From Candidatus Geohabitans tengchongensis (GTDB lineage Bacteria > Sysuimicrobiota > Sysuimicrobiia > Sysuimicrobiales > Humicultoraceae), in assembly GCA_031459625.1 (NCBI GenBank), contig JAVKIH010000002.1:266338-330337 (forward strand): DNA of 64,000 bases, given 5' to 3'. The notes below the pieces were generated by a model. The model ran no database searches and was not told the DNA's origin. It worked only from the letters and a program-made list of their open reading frames with translations. Position numbers and translations under genes: made by a program. Each line of letters opens with the position of its first letter. The first letter of the stretch is position 1. Of this stretch, positions 1 through 8,165 are shown piece by piece.

Positions 1-617
1 GCGGCCGGAGCCGCCGGGGCCTCGGCCGGCGCCGCAGCGGGAGGCGCCTCCTCCACCCGCGGCGGCAGCACGGTGGCCACGACCTCGTCCGCGGGGGTGC
101 GGAGGGTGACCCCCTCCGGCATCGTCAGGTCCCCGGCGTGCAGCACCTGCCCGACCGCCAGCTCGCTGACGTCCACGGTGAGCTGCTCGGGGACCGCGGT
201 GGGCAGCGCCTCCACCAGGACCTCGCGCAGGTGCTGCTCCAGCACGCCGCCCTCCACCACGCCGCGCGGCGTGCCCACCAGGACCAGCGGCACGTGGGCC
301 TCCAGCGTCTCCTCCAGGGAGATGGCCTGGAAGTCCACATGGATGATCGCGTGGGTGAAGGTGTCGCGCTGCAGGTCCTTGACGACCACGACCCGCGTCT
401 CCTCGCTGCCGTTGCGGCGCAGGGCCAGGTCGATCAGGACGTTCATCCCATGCCCGTGCAGCGCGTCGCGCAGCGCCCGCGCCTCCACGGCCACGGGCGT
501 GGCCTCCACCCCGCGCCCGTAGAGCACGCCCGGCACCCACCCCCGCCGCCGCACGCGGCGCGCCGCCGTCTTGCCGACCCCGTCCCGCACCTGCGCCTGC
601 AGGCCGACGCGTTCCAT
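1..617 (-). CDS. rplY: 50S ribosomal protein L25 / general stress protein Ctc (3' end runs off the window start)
   Basis: Minus-strand translation from ATG 617..615 gives MERVGLQAQVRDGVGKTAARRVRRRGWVPGVLYGRG...VKDLQRDTFTHAIIHVDFQAISLEETLEAHVPLVLVGTPRGV...LTVDVSELAVGQVLHAGDL, a clear L25/Ctc signature. GGAGG sits 7 nt upstream. The frame is open to position 1, which is why it is absent from the ORF track. About 205 codons are visible, ending in an Ala/Pro-rich tail. Confidence 0.75.
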   Translation of the reverse strand, partial: MERVGLQAQVRDGVGKTAARRVRRRGWVPGVLYGRGVEATPVAVEARALRDALHGHGMNVLIDLALRRNGSEETRVVVVKDLQRDTFTHAIIHVDFQAISLEETLEAHVPLVLVGTPRGVVEGGVLEQHLREVLVEALPTAVPEQLTVDVSELAVGQVLHAGDLTMPEGVTLRTPADEVVATVLPPRVEEAPPAAAPAEAPAAPA

Positions 618-677
618 GACCGTCCCTCCACCTCGCCGCCGGACGATGACGCCGGCCCGTGGGCCGGCCGCGCGTCA

Positions 678-1076
678 TTATACCCGATCCTCCAGGGCCG
701 CGCGCAGGGCGGCGATGCGCCGACGCAACTCGTCCCGCAGCTCGCGCATGTGGTCCAGGTCCCCCGGCCGCGGGTCGGGCAGGGGCCAGTGCAGGGACCG
801 CGCCCCCGGAACCACCGGGCAGGCCTCTTCCACACAGAGGCCCACGACCAGCGCCACGTCGGGACCCAGCGCCTCGCTCAGCGCCTTGGGACGCTGCGCG
901 GAGATGTCCACCCCCACCTCCCGCATGACGGCGACGGCCTCGGGCCGCAGGGCAGGTTTCGGCTCCGTGCCCGCGGAGCGCGCCCGCCACCCCGGCGGCG
1001 GATCGGCGTTGAAGAGCGCCTCCGCCATCTGGGAGCGGGCCGTGTTGCCCACTCAGACGAACAGGACGGTCTTCAT
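678..1076 (-). CDS. arsC: ArsC-type (LMW-PTP family, thioredoxin-coupled) arsenate reductase with an in-frame TGA at the catalytic Cys position (codon 8, plus-strand coordinates 1053..1055); candidate selenoprotein, or alternatively a pseudogene
   Basis: Minus-strand reading gives ATG(1076) AAG ACC GTC CTG TTC GTC TGA GTG GGC AAC ACG GCC CGC TCC CAG ATG GCG GAG, i.e. MKTVLFV-[TGA]-VGNTARSQMAEALF. This aligns with the canonical MKKIYFLCTGNSCRSQMAEG P-loop. The downstream 124 codons are open (ORF 678..1052) and retain the Cys82/Cys89 pair in GLCVEEACPVVPG...HWPLPDP. No obvious SD is present. Confidence 0.6.
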
Positions 1077-1152
1077 GGCGTTGAGCATAGTGGGCGAGAG
1101 GAAGGCTCTCAACCCTGTGGAACCTTGGGGAGAGGTCCGGAAGGAGGGCGCC

Positions 1153-1767
1153 ATGGTCGGACTCTTGCCGCGCGAGGAGGTCTTCTTCGCCCTGTTCGCG
1201 CAGGCCGCTGAGAACATCCTGCAGGCGGCGCGCCTGCTCAAGGCCATGCTGGAGCGCTACGAGCGGGTCCCCGAACAGGCGGCGGCCATCAAGGCGACGG
1301 AGGAGCGGGGCGACGAGATCATCCACCAGATCACGGATCGCCTCAACCGCACCTTCATCACCCCGCTGGACCGCGAGGACATCCACGCGCTGGCCCGCCA
1401 GCTGGACAACGTCATCGACTGGATCGAGGCGGTGGCCGCCCGCCTGGTGGACTACCGCGTGACCCAGCCCACACCGGCGGCGGTGGAGCTGGCGCACATC
1501 ATCGTGCACATGGCCGAGGCCATGGTCGAGGCCGTGCGGAACCTGCGCCGGCTCGACCGCGTCGAGGGGCAGCTCGAGGAGATCCACCGCCTGGAGAACC
1601 TGGCCGACCACGTCTACCGCGAGGCCATCGCCCGCCTCTTCGCCGAGAACGGCCAGCCCCTCGAGGTCATCAAGTGGAAGGACATCTACGAGACCCTCGA
1701 GCGCGCCACCGACCAGGCCGAGGACGTGGCCGACGTGCTGGCGGGTATCCGGGCCAAGCGGACGTAG
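1153..1767 (+). CDS. DUF47 / PhoU-like phosphate transport regulator (YkaA family)
   Basis: ATG at 1153 preceded by GGAAGGAGGG. The product MVGLLPREEVFFALFAQAAENI...DREDIHALARQLDNVIDWIE is a typical DUF47 sequence. It lies directly upstream of a PiT transporter, the conserved ykaA-pit pairing. Confidence 0.85.
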   Translation: MVGLLPREEVFFALFAQAAENILQAARLLKAMLERYERVPEQAAAIKATEERGDEIIHQITDRLNRTFITPLDREDIHALARQLDNVIDWIEAVAARLVDYRVTQPTPAAVELAHIIVHMAEAMVEAVRNLRRLDRVEGQLEEIHRLENLADHVYREAIARLFAENGQPLEVIKWKDIYETLERATDQAEDVADVLAGIRAKRT

Positions 1768-1783
1768 CGCGGGCCGTCCGCCC

Positions 1784-2779
1784 GTGGAGCTCCACCTGCC
1801 GCTCGGCCTCATCCCCGTCCTGCTGCTGGTGCTGGCCGCGGAGTTCGTGAACGGGTGGACCGATGCGCCCAACGCCATCGCCACCGTGGTCTCCACCCGC
1901 GTCCTCTCCCCCGGGGTCGCGGTGATCATGGCCGCCGTGCTCAACTTCGTCGGGGCGCTCAGCGGGACCGCCGTGGCCATCACCATCGGCCGGGGGTTCG
2001 TGGACGCCCGCGTCGTGGACACGGTCACCGTGGCCGCGGCCATGGTGGCCATCGTGCTGTGGAGCACGCTGGCCTGGCTGCGCGGCCTGCCCACCAGCGA
2101 GAGCCACGCGCTGGTGGCGGCGCTCACCGGGGCCGGGTTCGCCACCGGCGGCACGGCGGCGCTGGAGGCCAGCGGGTGGGTGAAGACGGTGCAGGGCCTG
2201 GGCATCTCCACCTTCCTGGGCTTCGCCGGCGGCTTCCTCCTCATGCTGGCCATCGCCTGGGGGTTCCGGCGGGTGCCGCTCGGCACGGTGCGCCGCCTCT
2301 TCGGCCGTCTCCAGATCCTCTCCGCCGCCTTCATGGCCTTCAGCCACGGCACCGGCGACGGGCAGAAGTTCATGGGGGTCTTCACCCTGGCCCTGGTGCT
2401 GGGCGGGGTGCTGCCGGAGTTCCACATCCCGCTATGGGTGATCGCCGTCATCGCCGTCACCATGGGGCTGGGCACCGCGGTGGGCGGGTGGCGGATCGTC
2501 CACACCATGGGGCTGCGGCTGACGAAGCTGGAGCCCTACCAGGGGTTCGCGGCCGAGACCGCCGCGGCGACGCTGATCACCCTGGCCGCCCACGTGGGGA
2601 TCCCCGTCAGCACCACCCACACCATCAACACGGCGATCATGGGCGTGGGGGCCACCCGCCGGCTCTCGGCGGTGCGGTGGGGGGTGGGGGCGGAGATCGT
2701 CACCGCCTGGGTCCTGACCTTCCCGGCCTGCGCGCTCATCGGCGCGCTGGTGACCTACCTGCTGCGCTGGATCCTGTAG
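1784..2779 (+). CDS. pit: Inorganic phosphate transporter, PiT family
   Basis: GTG start 4 nt... after DUF47. The product is a polytopic membrane protein with EFVNGWTDAPNAIATVVSTR and a second repeat containing GTGDGQKFMG...STTHTINTAIMGVG, both PiT signature motifs. Confidence 0.9.
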   Translation: MELHLPLGLIPVLLLVLAAEFVNGWTDAPNAIATVVSTRVLSPGVAVIMAAVLNFVGALSGTAVAITIGRGFVDARVVDTVTVAAAMVAIVLWSTLAWLRGLPTSESHALVAALTGAGFATGGTAALEASGWVKTVQGLGISTFLGFAGGFLLMLAIAWGFRRVPLGTVRRLFGRLQILSAAFMAFSHGTGDGQKFMGVFTLALVLGGVLPEFHIPLWVIAVIAVTMGLGTAVGGWRIVHTMGLRLTKLEPYQGFAAETAAATLITLAAHVGIPVSTTHTINTAIMGVGATRRLSAVRWGVGAEIVTAWVLTFPACALIGALVTYLLRWIL

Positions 2780-2830
2780 GGAGGCCCGGGCGGACGTGCA
2801 CCCCCGCCCCGGGCGTGCCCATGGGGCGCG

Positions 2831-3313
2831 TCAGCCCAGCGGCGTGACCTCCTCCCCGGCGTAGCGCACCAGGTCGACGCGGGCGCGGGTGAGGACCTCC
2901 AGGGCCAGCGGGTCCGGGTAGTGCCCCTCGAAGACGATCCGCGCGATCCCCGCGTTGAGCAGGATCTTGGCGCAGGTGAGGCAGGGCAGGGTGGTGGAGT
3001 AGACCGTCGCCCCGGCGATGGCGATGCCGTGGTAGGCGGCCTGGATCACGCTGTTCATCTCGGCGTGTAGGCAGAGGCAGGTGTCGTGGGCGCTGCCGGA
3101 CGGCGCGTCCCCGGCGCACCGCGCACACCCGCCCTCGCCGCAGTTGGGCAGCCCCCGCGGGGTATCGTTGTAGCCCGTGGAGAGGACCATGTTGTCCTTC
3201 ACGATGACCGCGCCCACGCGGCGCCGCAGGCAGGTGGAGCGCGTGGCGGCCAGGTGCGCCATGCGCATGAAGTAGGCGTCCCAGCTGGGCCGGGGCGACG
3301 GCGGCGCCGCCAC
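2831..3313 (-). CDS. comEB: dCMP deaminase (ComEB-like cytidine/deoxycytidylate deaminase)
   Basis: Zinc-binding motifs HAEMNSVIQAA and PCLTCAKILLNAGIARIVF. Confidence 0.85.
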   Translation of the reverse strand: MAAPPSPRPSWDAYFMRMAHLAATRSTCLRRRVGAVIVKDNMVLSTGYNDTPRGLPNCGEGGCARCAGDAPSGSAHDTCLCLHAEMNSVIQAAYHGIAIAGATVYSTTLPCLTCAKILLNAGIARIVFEGHYPDPLALEVLTRARVDLVRYAGEEVTPLG

Positions 3314-3319
3314 GGGACG

Positions 3320-3949
3320 CTACCTCGTCCCGTAGAGCCGGTCGCCGGCGTCGCCGAGCCCCGGCACGATGTAGCCGTGGTCGTTCAGGTAGTCGTCCAC
3401 GGCGGCGGTGAAGATCTCCACGTCGGGGTGGGCGTCGTGGACCCGCCGGATCCCCTCGGGCGCCGAGATGATGGCCATGACCTGGATGGACCGGCACCCC
3501 GCCGCCTTGAGGATGTCCACGCAGGCCACCGTGGAGCCGCCGGTGGCCAGCATCGGGTCGAGGACGAGCGCGGTGCGCTCGGCGATGTCCTGGGGCAGCT
3601 TGGCGTAGTAGCGGTGCGGCTGGAGGGTGGCCGGGTCGCGGAAGATGCCGACGTGCCCGACGTGCGCCGTGGGGATGAGCCGGCTGATCCCCGCCTCCAT
3701 GGCCAGGCCCGCCCGCAGGATCGGCACCAGCGCCAGCTCCTGGCCGGCGATGGTGTAGCCCTTGGCCACGGCCAGCGGCGTCTCCACCTCGAGCTGGCGG
3801 ACCGGGTGGGTGCGCGTGGCCTCGTAGGCCATGAGCATGGCCAGCTCCTCCACCAGCTCGCGGAACTCCTTGTGGCCCGTCCGCCGGTCCCGCAGGATCG
3901 TCACCTTGTGCAGGATCAGCGGGTGGTCGAAGACGTGGACCTTGCGCAC
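3320..3949 (-). CDS. upp: Uracil phosphoribosyltransferase
   Basis: [21 protein letters not shown]...[12 protein letters not shown]...[16 protein letters not shown] is a full-length UPRTase signature. Confidence 0.95.
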   Translation of the reverse strand: MRKVHVFDHPLILHKVTILRDRRTGHKEFRELVEELAMLMAYEATRTHPVRQLEVETPLAVAKGYTIAGQELALVPILRAGLAMEAGISRLIPTAHVGHVGIFRDPATLQPHRYYAKLPQDIAERTALVLDPMLATGGSTVACVDILKAAGCRSIQVMAIISAPEGIRRVHDAHPDVEIFTAAVDDYLNDHGYIVPGLGDAGDRLYGTR

Positions 3950-3952
3950 GAG

Positions 3953-4399
3953 TCAGCCCCCCTCCCGCTCGGCCGCGTGCAGCTTCTCCAGGCGGCGGAC
4001 GTGGCGGCCGCCCTCGTAGGGCGTCTCCAGCCAGGTGCGCACCACGTCGGTGGCCACCTCCGGGCCGACGATGCGCGCCCCCAGCGCCAGCACGTTGGCG
4101 TCGTTGTGCTGGCGGCTCAGCCGCGCCGTGGTGACGTCGTGGCACAGCGCCGCCCGGATCCCCCGCACCTTGTTCGCCGCCATGGCCTCGCCGTTCCCAG
4201 AGCCGCCCACGACGATGGCCCGGTCCGCCTCCCCGCTGGCCACCGCGCGCGCCGCCGGCAGGACCACGTCGGGGTAGTCCACCGGCTCGTCGTCGAAGGT
4301 GCCGAAGTCGATGACCTCGTGCCCCCAGGCCTCGACCAGGCGCCGCACCTGGGTCTTGAGGGCGAGTCCGGCGTGGTCGCTGGCCAGGGCGATCCTCAT
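3953..4399 (-). CDS. rpiB: Ribose-5-phosphate isomerase B
   Basis: MRIALASDHAGLALKTQVRRLVEAWGHEVIDFGT...GGSGNGEAMAANKVRGIRAALCHD. The internal ATG at 4399 is in frame with the ORF end. The upstream part of the 319-aa ORF is low-complexity and spurious. Confidence 0.9.
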   Translation of the reverse strand: MRIALASDHAGLALKTQVRRLVEAWGHEVIDFGTFDDEPVDYPDVVLPAARAVASGEADRAIVVGGSGNGEAMAANKVRGIRAALCHDVTTARLSRQHNDANVLALGARIVGPEVATDVVRTWLETPYEGGRHVRRLEKLHAAEREGG

Positions 4400-5097
4400 G
4401 GCCACCCCAGCGCCTCCTCCACCGCCCGGCGCGGGATCGCCCCCTCCCGCAGCACCCGGGGCGGGTCTTCGGTGAGGTCGACGATGGTCGACTCTCGGCC
4501 CCGCGGGGTGGGGCCGCCGTCCAGCAGCATGTCGATGCGGTCCCCCAGGCTGAAGACGACGTGCTCGGCGCGCGTCGGGGTGGGGTCGCCGTGGAGGTTG
4601 GCACTGGTCCCCACGATGGGGACGCCCGCCAGGCGGACCAGGTTGCGCGGGATGGGGTGGTCCGGGACGCGCAGGGCCACCGTCTCCCCGCCACCGGCCA
4701 CGAGGGCCGGGACGCGGCGGCCGCGCGGCAGCACCAGCGTGAGCGCCCCGGGCCAGAAGCGGGCCGCCAGCCGCTCGGCGAGGGGCGGCCGGCTGGCCGC
4801 CAGCGTCCACGCCTGCGCCACCTCCGCCACCAGCACCGGCAGCGGCTCGTCCAGCGGCCGGCGCTTCACCTCGAAGACGCGCCGCACCGCCGCCGCGTTG
4901 GAGATGTCGCACCCCAGCCCGTAGGCGGTATCGGTGGGGTAGGCCAGCAGCCCGCCCTCCTGGATGAGGCGCACGGCCCGGCGCGGCGGGTCCGGCGTGC
5001 CCCGCACGTTGATGATCACGAGGGGGCGGGGGACGTGCCGGACCGCCGGGCGGAAGGACAGCGCGTATAACGACTCCGCGGTGCTCATGGGTTGTTG
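4396..5097 (-). CDS. tsaC: L-threonylcarbamoyladenylate synthase (TsaC/YwlC/Sua5 family)
   Basis: MSTAESLYALS...GGLLAYPTDTAYGLGCDISNAAAVRRVFEVKRRPLDEPLPVLVAE...GTSANLHGDPTP. The ATGA overlap with rpiB suggests translational coupling. Confidence 0.85.
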   Translation of the reverse strand, partial: QQPMSTAESLYALSFRPAVRHVPRPLVIINVRGTPDPPRRAVRLIQEGGLLAYPTDTAYGLGCDISNAAAVRRVFEVKRRPLDEPLPVLVAEVAQAWTLAASRPPLAERLAARFWPGALTLVLPRGRRVPALVAGGGETVALRVPDHPIPRNLVRLAGVPIVGTSANLHGDPTPTRAEHVVFSLGDRIDMLLDGGPTPRGRESTIVDLTEDPPRVLREGAIPRRAVEEALGWP

Positions 5098-5963
5098 GCG
5101 CGGCGGGCGATCACCACCCGTTCGATGCCGAGCAGATCGCGCACCGTGCGGATCTCCTGGTAGCCGCCGGTCTGGGCGAAGAGTTCGATGACGGCGGGGG
5201 CCTGGCCTGCCGCCACCTCCACGGCGAGCCACCCACCGGGCCGCAGCACGTGCGGCGCCTCCTCGGCCAGCCGACGGTGGAAGGTGGTTCCGCCCCCGGG
5301 GTCGACGACGGCCAGACGGGGCTCGTAGTCGGCGATTTCCCGGGGCAGATGCCGCGCCAGGTCTGGATCGACGTAAGGGGGGTTGCTGGCCACGGCGTCG
5401 AACCGGGCGCGCTCGGCCGGGCCGATCGCCCCGAGCAGGTCGACCCGGGCGAAGGCGACCCGGTCGGCCAGGCCCAGGCGCCGCGCGTTGGCCGCCGCCA
5501 CCTCCAGCGCCGCCGCGGAGACGTCCGTGGCCAGCACCCGGGCGCGCGGCAGGAAGTGGGCCAGGGCCAGCGCGATGGCGCCGCTGCCGGTGCCCACATC
5601 CAGCACACGGGGAGCGGGGTGGTCGGCCAGCACGTGCAGCAGCGCCTCCACCAGCACCTCGGTCTCCGGACGGGGGATGAGGACGCGCTCGTCGACCGCG
5701 AGCTCCAGCCCCATGAACTCCCGCCGGCCGGTCAGGTAGGGGACGGGACGGCCCTGGGCGCGCGCCTCCAGCAGCGCCCGGTAGCGCTCCCACTGCGCCG
5801 CCTCCACCGGCGCCTCCCAGGCGCGGTACAGGTCGGTGCGGGAAACCTGCAGGGCGTGGCGTAGCAGGACCTCGGCCTCCAGCCCGGCCGCCTCCACCCC
5901 GACGGCCAGGAGGTGCTCGCGGCCCATCGCCCAGGCCTCCCGGACGGAGCGGGGCGGTGGCAC
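5085..5963 (-). CDS. prmC: Release-factor glutamine N5-methyltransferase (PrmC/HemK)
   Basis: LDVGTGSGAIALALA... and the NPPY motif (FDAVASNPPYVDPD). Its position immediately downstream of prfA is the conserved arrangement. Confidence 0.85.
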   Translation of the reverse strand: MPPPRSVREAWAMGREHLLAVGVEAAGLEAEVLLRHALQVSRTDLYRAWEAPVEAAQWERYRALLEARAQGRPVPYLTGRREFMGLELAVDERVLIPRPETEVLVEALLHVLADHPAPRVLDVGTGSGAIALALAHFLPRARVLATDVSAAALEVAAANARRLGLADRVAFARVDLLGAIGPAERARFDAVASNPPYVDPDLARHLPREIADYEPRLAVVDPGGGTTFHRRLAEEAPHVLRPGGWLAVEVAAGQAPAVIELFAQTGGYQEIRTVRDLLGIERVVIARRANNP

Positions 5964-5970
5964 TGCCCGG

Positions 5971-7047
5971 TCAGGAGGCCAGGGCGGCGGCGCGGTCGGC
6001 GGCGGCCAGGGCGTCGATCAGCTCGTCCAGGTCGCCGTCGAGGACGCTCTCCAGGCGGTGCAGGGAGAGGCCGATGCGGTGGTCGGTGACCCGGTTCTGG
6101 GGGAAGTTGTAGGTGCGGATCTTCTCGCTGCGCTCCCCGGTGCCCACCTGCAGCCGGCGCTGGCGGGCGATGGCCTCGTGCTGCTCCCGCCGGGCGCGCT
6201 CCAGGAGGTGGGCGCGCAGGATGCGCAGCGCCTTCTCCCGATTCTGGAACTGGGAGCGCTCGTCCTGGCAGGCCACGACGATGCCGGTGGGGCGGTGGCG
6301 GACGCGCACGGCGGTCTCCACCTTGTTCACGTTCTGCCCGCCGGCCCCCCCGGCGCGGAAGGTCTCGACCTCTAGGTCCTCGGGTCGGAGCCGGACGTCC
6401 ACCTCCTCGGCCTCCGGCAGCACCGCCACCGTGGCGGTGGAGGTGTGGATGCGCCCCGCCGCCTCGGTCACCGGCACCCGCTGGACCCGGTGAACGCCGC
6501 TCTCGAAGCGCAGTCGGCTGTAGGCCCCGCGCCCCTTCACCGCGAAGACGACCTCCTTGAAGCCGCCGAGTCCCGTGGGGCTGGCCTCCAGGACCTCCAC
6601 CTGCCAGCCGCGCCGCTCGGCGTAGCGGCTGTACATGCGGAAGAGGTCGCCGGCGAAGAGGGCCGCCTCCTCTCCGCCGGCCCCGGCGCGGATCTCCACG
6701 ATGATGTCCCGGTGCGCGTGCGGGTCGGGGGGCAGGAGGGCCTGGCGCAGGGCGTCTTCCAGCCCGCGGGCCTCGGCCTCGAGCCGCTCCGCCTCGCCGA
6801 TCGCCAGGGCCCGCAGCTCCGGGTCGGCCTCCTCGCGGGCCAGGCTCCGCGCCTCGCGGGCCTCCTCCTGGAGGCGGCGCCACCGCCGGTAGAGGGCCAC
6901 GGTGGCCTCGAGGGACGCATGCTCCCGGGCCACCTGCTGGTACCGCTCCGGTGCCGCCAGGATCGCCGGGTCGGCCAGCAGCGCGGTGAGCTCCTCGTAG
7001 CGCGCCTGCAGCGCCTCCAGCCTGTTGATGACGGTCTGGTCGAGCAT
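5971..7047 (-). CDS. prfA: Peptide chain release factor 1
   Basis: [20 protein letters not shown]... and the GGQ motif ([18 protein letters not shown]). The ATG at 7047 is frame-verified. Confidence 0.95.
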   Translation of the reverse strand: MLDQTVINRLEALQARYEELTALLADPAILAAPERYQQVAREHASLEATVALYRRWRRLQEEAREARSLAREEADPELRALAIGEAERLEAEARGLEDALRQALLPPDPHAHRDIIVEIRAGAGGEEAALFAGDLFRMYSRYAERRGWQVEVLEASPTGLGGFKEVVFAVKGRGAYSRLRFESGVHRVQRVPVTEAAGRIHTSTATVAVLPEAEEVDVRLRPEDLEVETFRAGGAGGQNVNKVETAVRVRHRPTGIVVACQDERSQFQNREKALRILRAHLLERARREQHEAIARQRRLQVGTGERSEKIRTYNFPQNRVTDHRIGLSLHRLESVLDGDLDELIDALAAADRAAALAS

Positions 7048-7055
7048 CTTTTCGA

Positions 7056-7790
7056 TTATACGCCGCGACCCGCCCTCCGCGTGCGCAGCCGCACCAGCCG
7101 GGTTCCCTCGACGCGCAGGCGGCCGGGAGCGCACCAGCCGGCGAGGGGGTCATGGGGGTCCCAGTCGAGCAGGAGGGCCACGGGGCCCCGGGCCTGCCCT
7201 CGCCAGTCGAGGCGCATGAGGCGCGCGGCAGCCACCCAGCCGTCCGCGGGCACCCACACCTCCACGGGCACACCGGTCGAGCCGCTTGTGCGACGGCGGC
7301 GGGTGCCGCCATCCGGCCCCCGGGGGCTGAGGGTATCCGGTCGCTCCCGCAGGACCGCTTTCTCCAACAGGGGGAGCGCCGCCAGGTCCTCCACCTGCCT
7401 GAGGTCCTCCGGTCGCACGCTGGCCTGGCGCAGGCGGTCCCGGTAGTACGGGGCCTCCGCTGCCCGCGCCACGAGCGCCCGCAGGCGGAGCAGCTGCGCG
7501 TCCCTGATGCGTTCCGGCGGCCACCACTGGGAGGCCAGCAGGGAGCAAAGGCGGTGGAAGGTGGAATTTCCCCGGTGCCGTTCCCGCAGTGGCAGCAGAG
7601 CCCGGCGGACGAGGGCGGTGTGCAGGCCCGTGAGCACCGAGGAGATCCTACACGCCCGCGCTTGCTGGCGCGACCGGCCGGTGGGGGGAAATCGCCTCCC
7701 GCCCCGGACCTGCCTGCACCGATGCCCAACCGGCTCTCCTGGGCGGCAGGGCGGAGACGAACCCGTCGTGGCGGAGGCACGCCAGTACAC
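7056..7790 (-). pseudogene. Truncated PaaK/F390-synthetase-like (adenylate-forming) gene fragment; only the N-terminal ~240 codons are recognisable
   Basis: ...LPLLEKAVLRERPDTLSPRG...TSGSTGVPVEVWVPADGWVAAARLMRLDWRGQ matches the N-terminal AMP-binding region of PaaK/CapK-like ligases, but the frame stops about 90 codons after the SGSTG motif. No continuation is seen in any frame before prfA. Confidence 0.3.
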
Positions 7791-7846
7791 CCGGTGAGGC
7801 GGCCAGGACGCCGCCCCACTCCCGAGGCCCGGGCCCGCGGAGCCCC

Positions 7847-8053
7847 TTACGAGACCTTCAACCCGTACTTCCTGGCGAACTTCTGCACGCGGCCTTCCGC
7901 GTCCACCAGCTTGCGCTGTCCGGTGTAGAGGGGGTGGCAGCGCGAGCAGACGTCGACCCGGATCACCGCCTTCGTCGACCCTGTGACGAACGTCTCACCG
8001 CAGGCGCAGGTCACCGTGGCCTGATAGTACTGGGGATGGATGCCCTTCTTCAT
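7847..8053 (-). CDS. rpmE: 50S ribosomal protein L31 (type A, Zn-ribbon form)
   Basis: MKKGIHPQYYQATVTCACGETFVTGSTKAVIRVDVCSRCHPLYTG. GAGGG lies 7 nt upstream of the ATG. The longer ORF-track extension is spurious. Confidence 0.9.
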   Translation of the reverse strand: MKKGIHPQYYQATVTCACGETFVTGSTKAVIRVDVCSRCHPLYTGQRKLVDAEGRVQKFARKYGLKVS

Positions 8054-8116
8054 GGTCCGACCCTCGCGTGTCCGGAATGCCTCAACCCTGAGGGGCGTCG
8101 CCGCGGACGACCCGTG

Positions 8117-8127
8117 CAGTATAGCAC
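8117..8127 (-). promoter_or_regulatory. Putative extended -10 promoter (TGCTATACT on the minus strand) for rpmE
   Basis: The minus strand reads ...GAGCTGTGCTATACTGCACGGG..., about 65 nt upstream of the rpmE ATG. This matches the TGnTATAAT extended -10 consensus. Confidence 0.4.
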
Positions 8128-8165
8128 AGCTCGAGGCGCACCGGCCCGAGGCGCCCACGGGCGCC

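Noticed and set aside
1013-1050. Candidate SECIS hairpin downstream of the arsC UGA (stem CGCUCC/GGAGGCG, 8-nt loop)
   Set aside because: The stem is short with a bulge and starts at +16 rather than the usual ~+11. It cannot be called a SECIS by eye, so the selenoprotein call rests on the codon alignment, not on this structure.
138-1211. Long ORFs with Arg/Pro/Gly/His-rich low-complexity products (e.g. 138..1211+, 2736..4694-, 3086..4924+, 5732..7819-, 9741..11474+, 12769..14799+, 15747..17777+, 19302..21554-, 23604..24758+, 24734..27439+, 39659..41725-, 41475..43808+, 44504..46885+, 46882..49359+, 50509..54444+, 60902..63010-, 61111..63108+)
   Set aside because: They lie antisense to or out of frame with genes that have clear homology. 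Their composition is the expected artefact of 72% GC (few stop codons in non-coding frames). None has a recognisable domain.
8142-8161. Hairpin GAGGCGCC-CACG-GGCGCCTC just downstream of the M23 peptidase stop
   Set aside because: No U-tract follows it on the minus strand. It may be a stabilising stem-loop but is not a canonical terminator.
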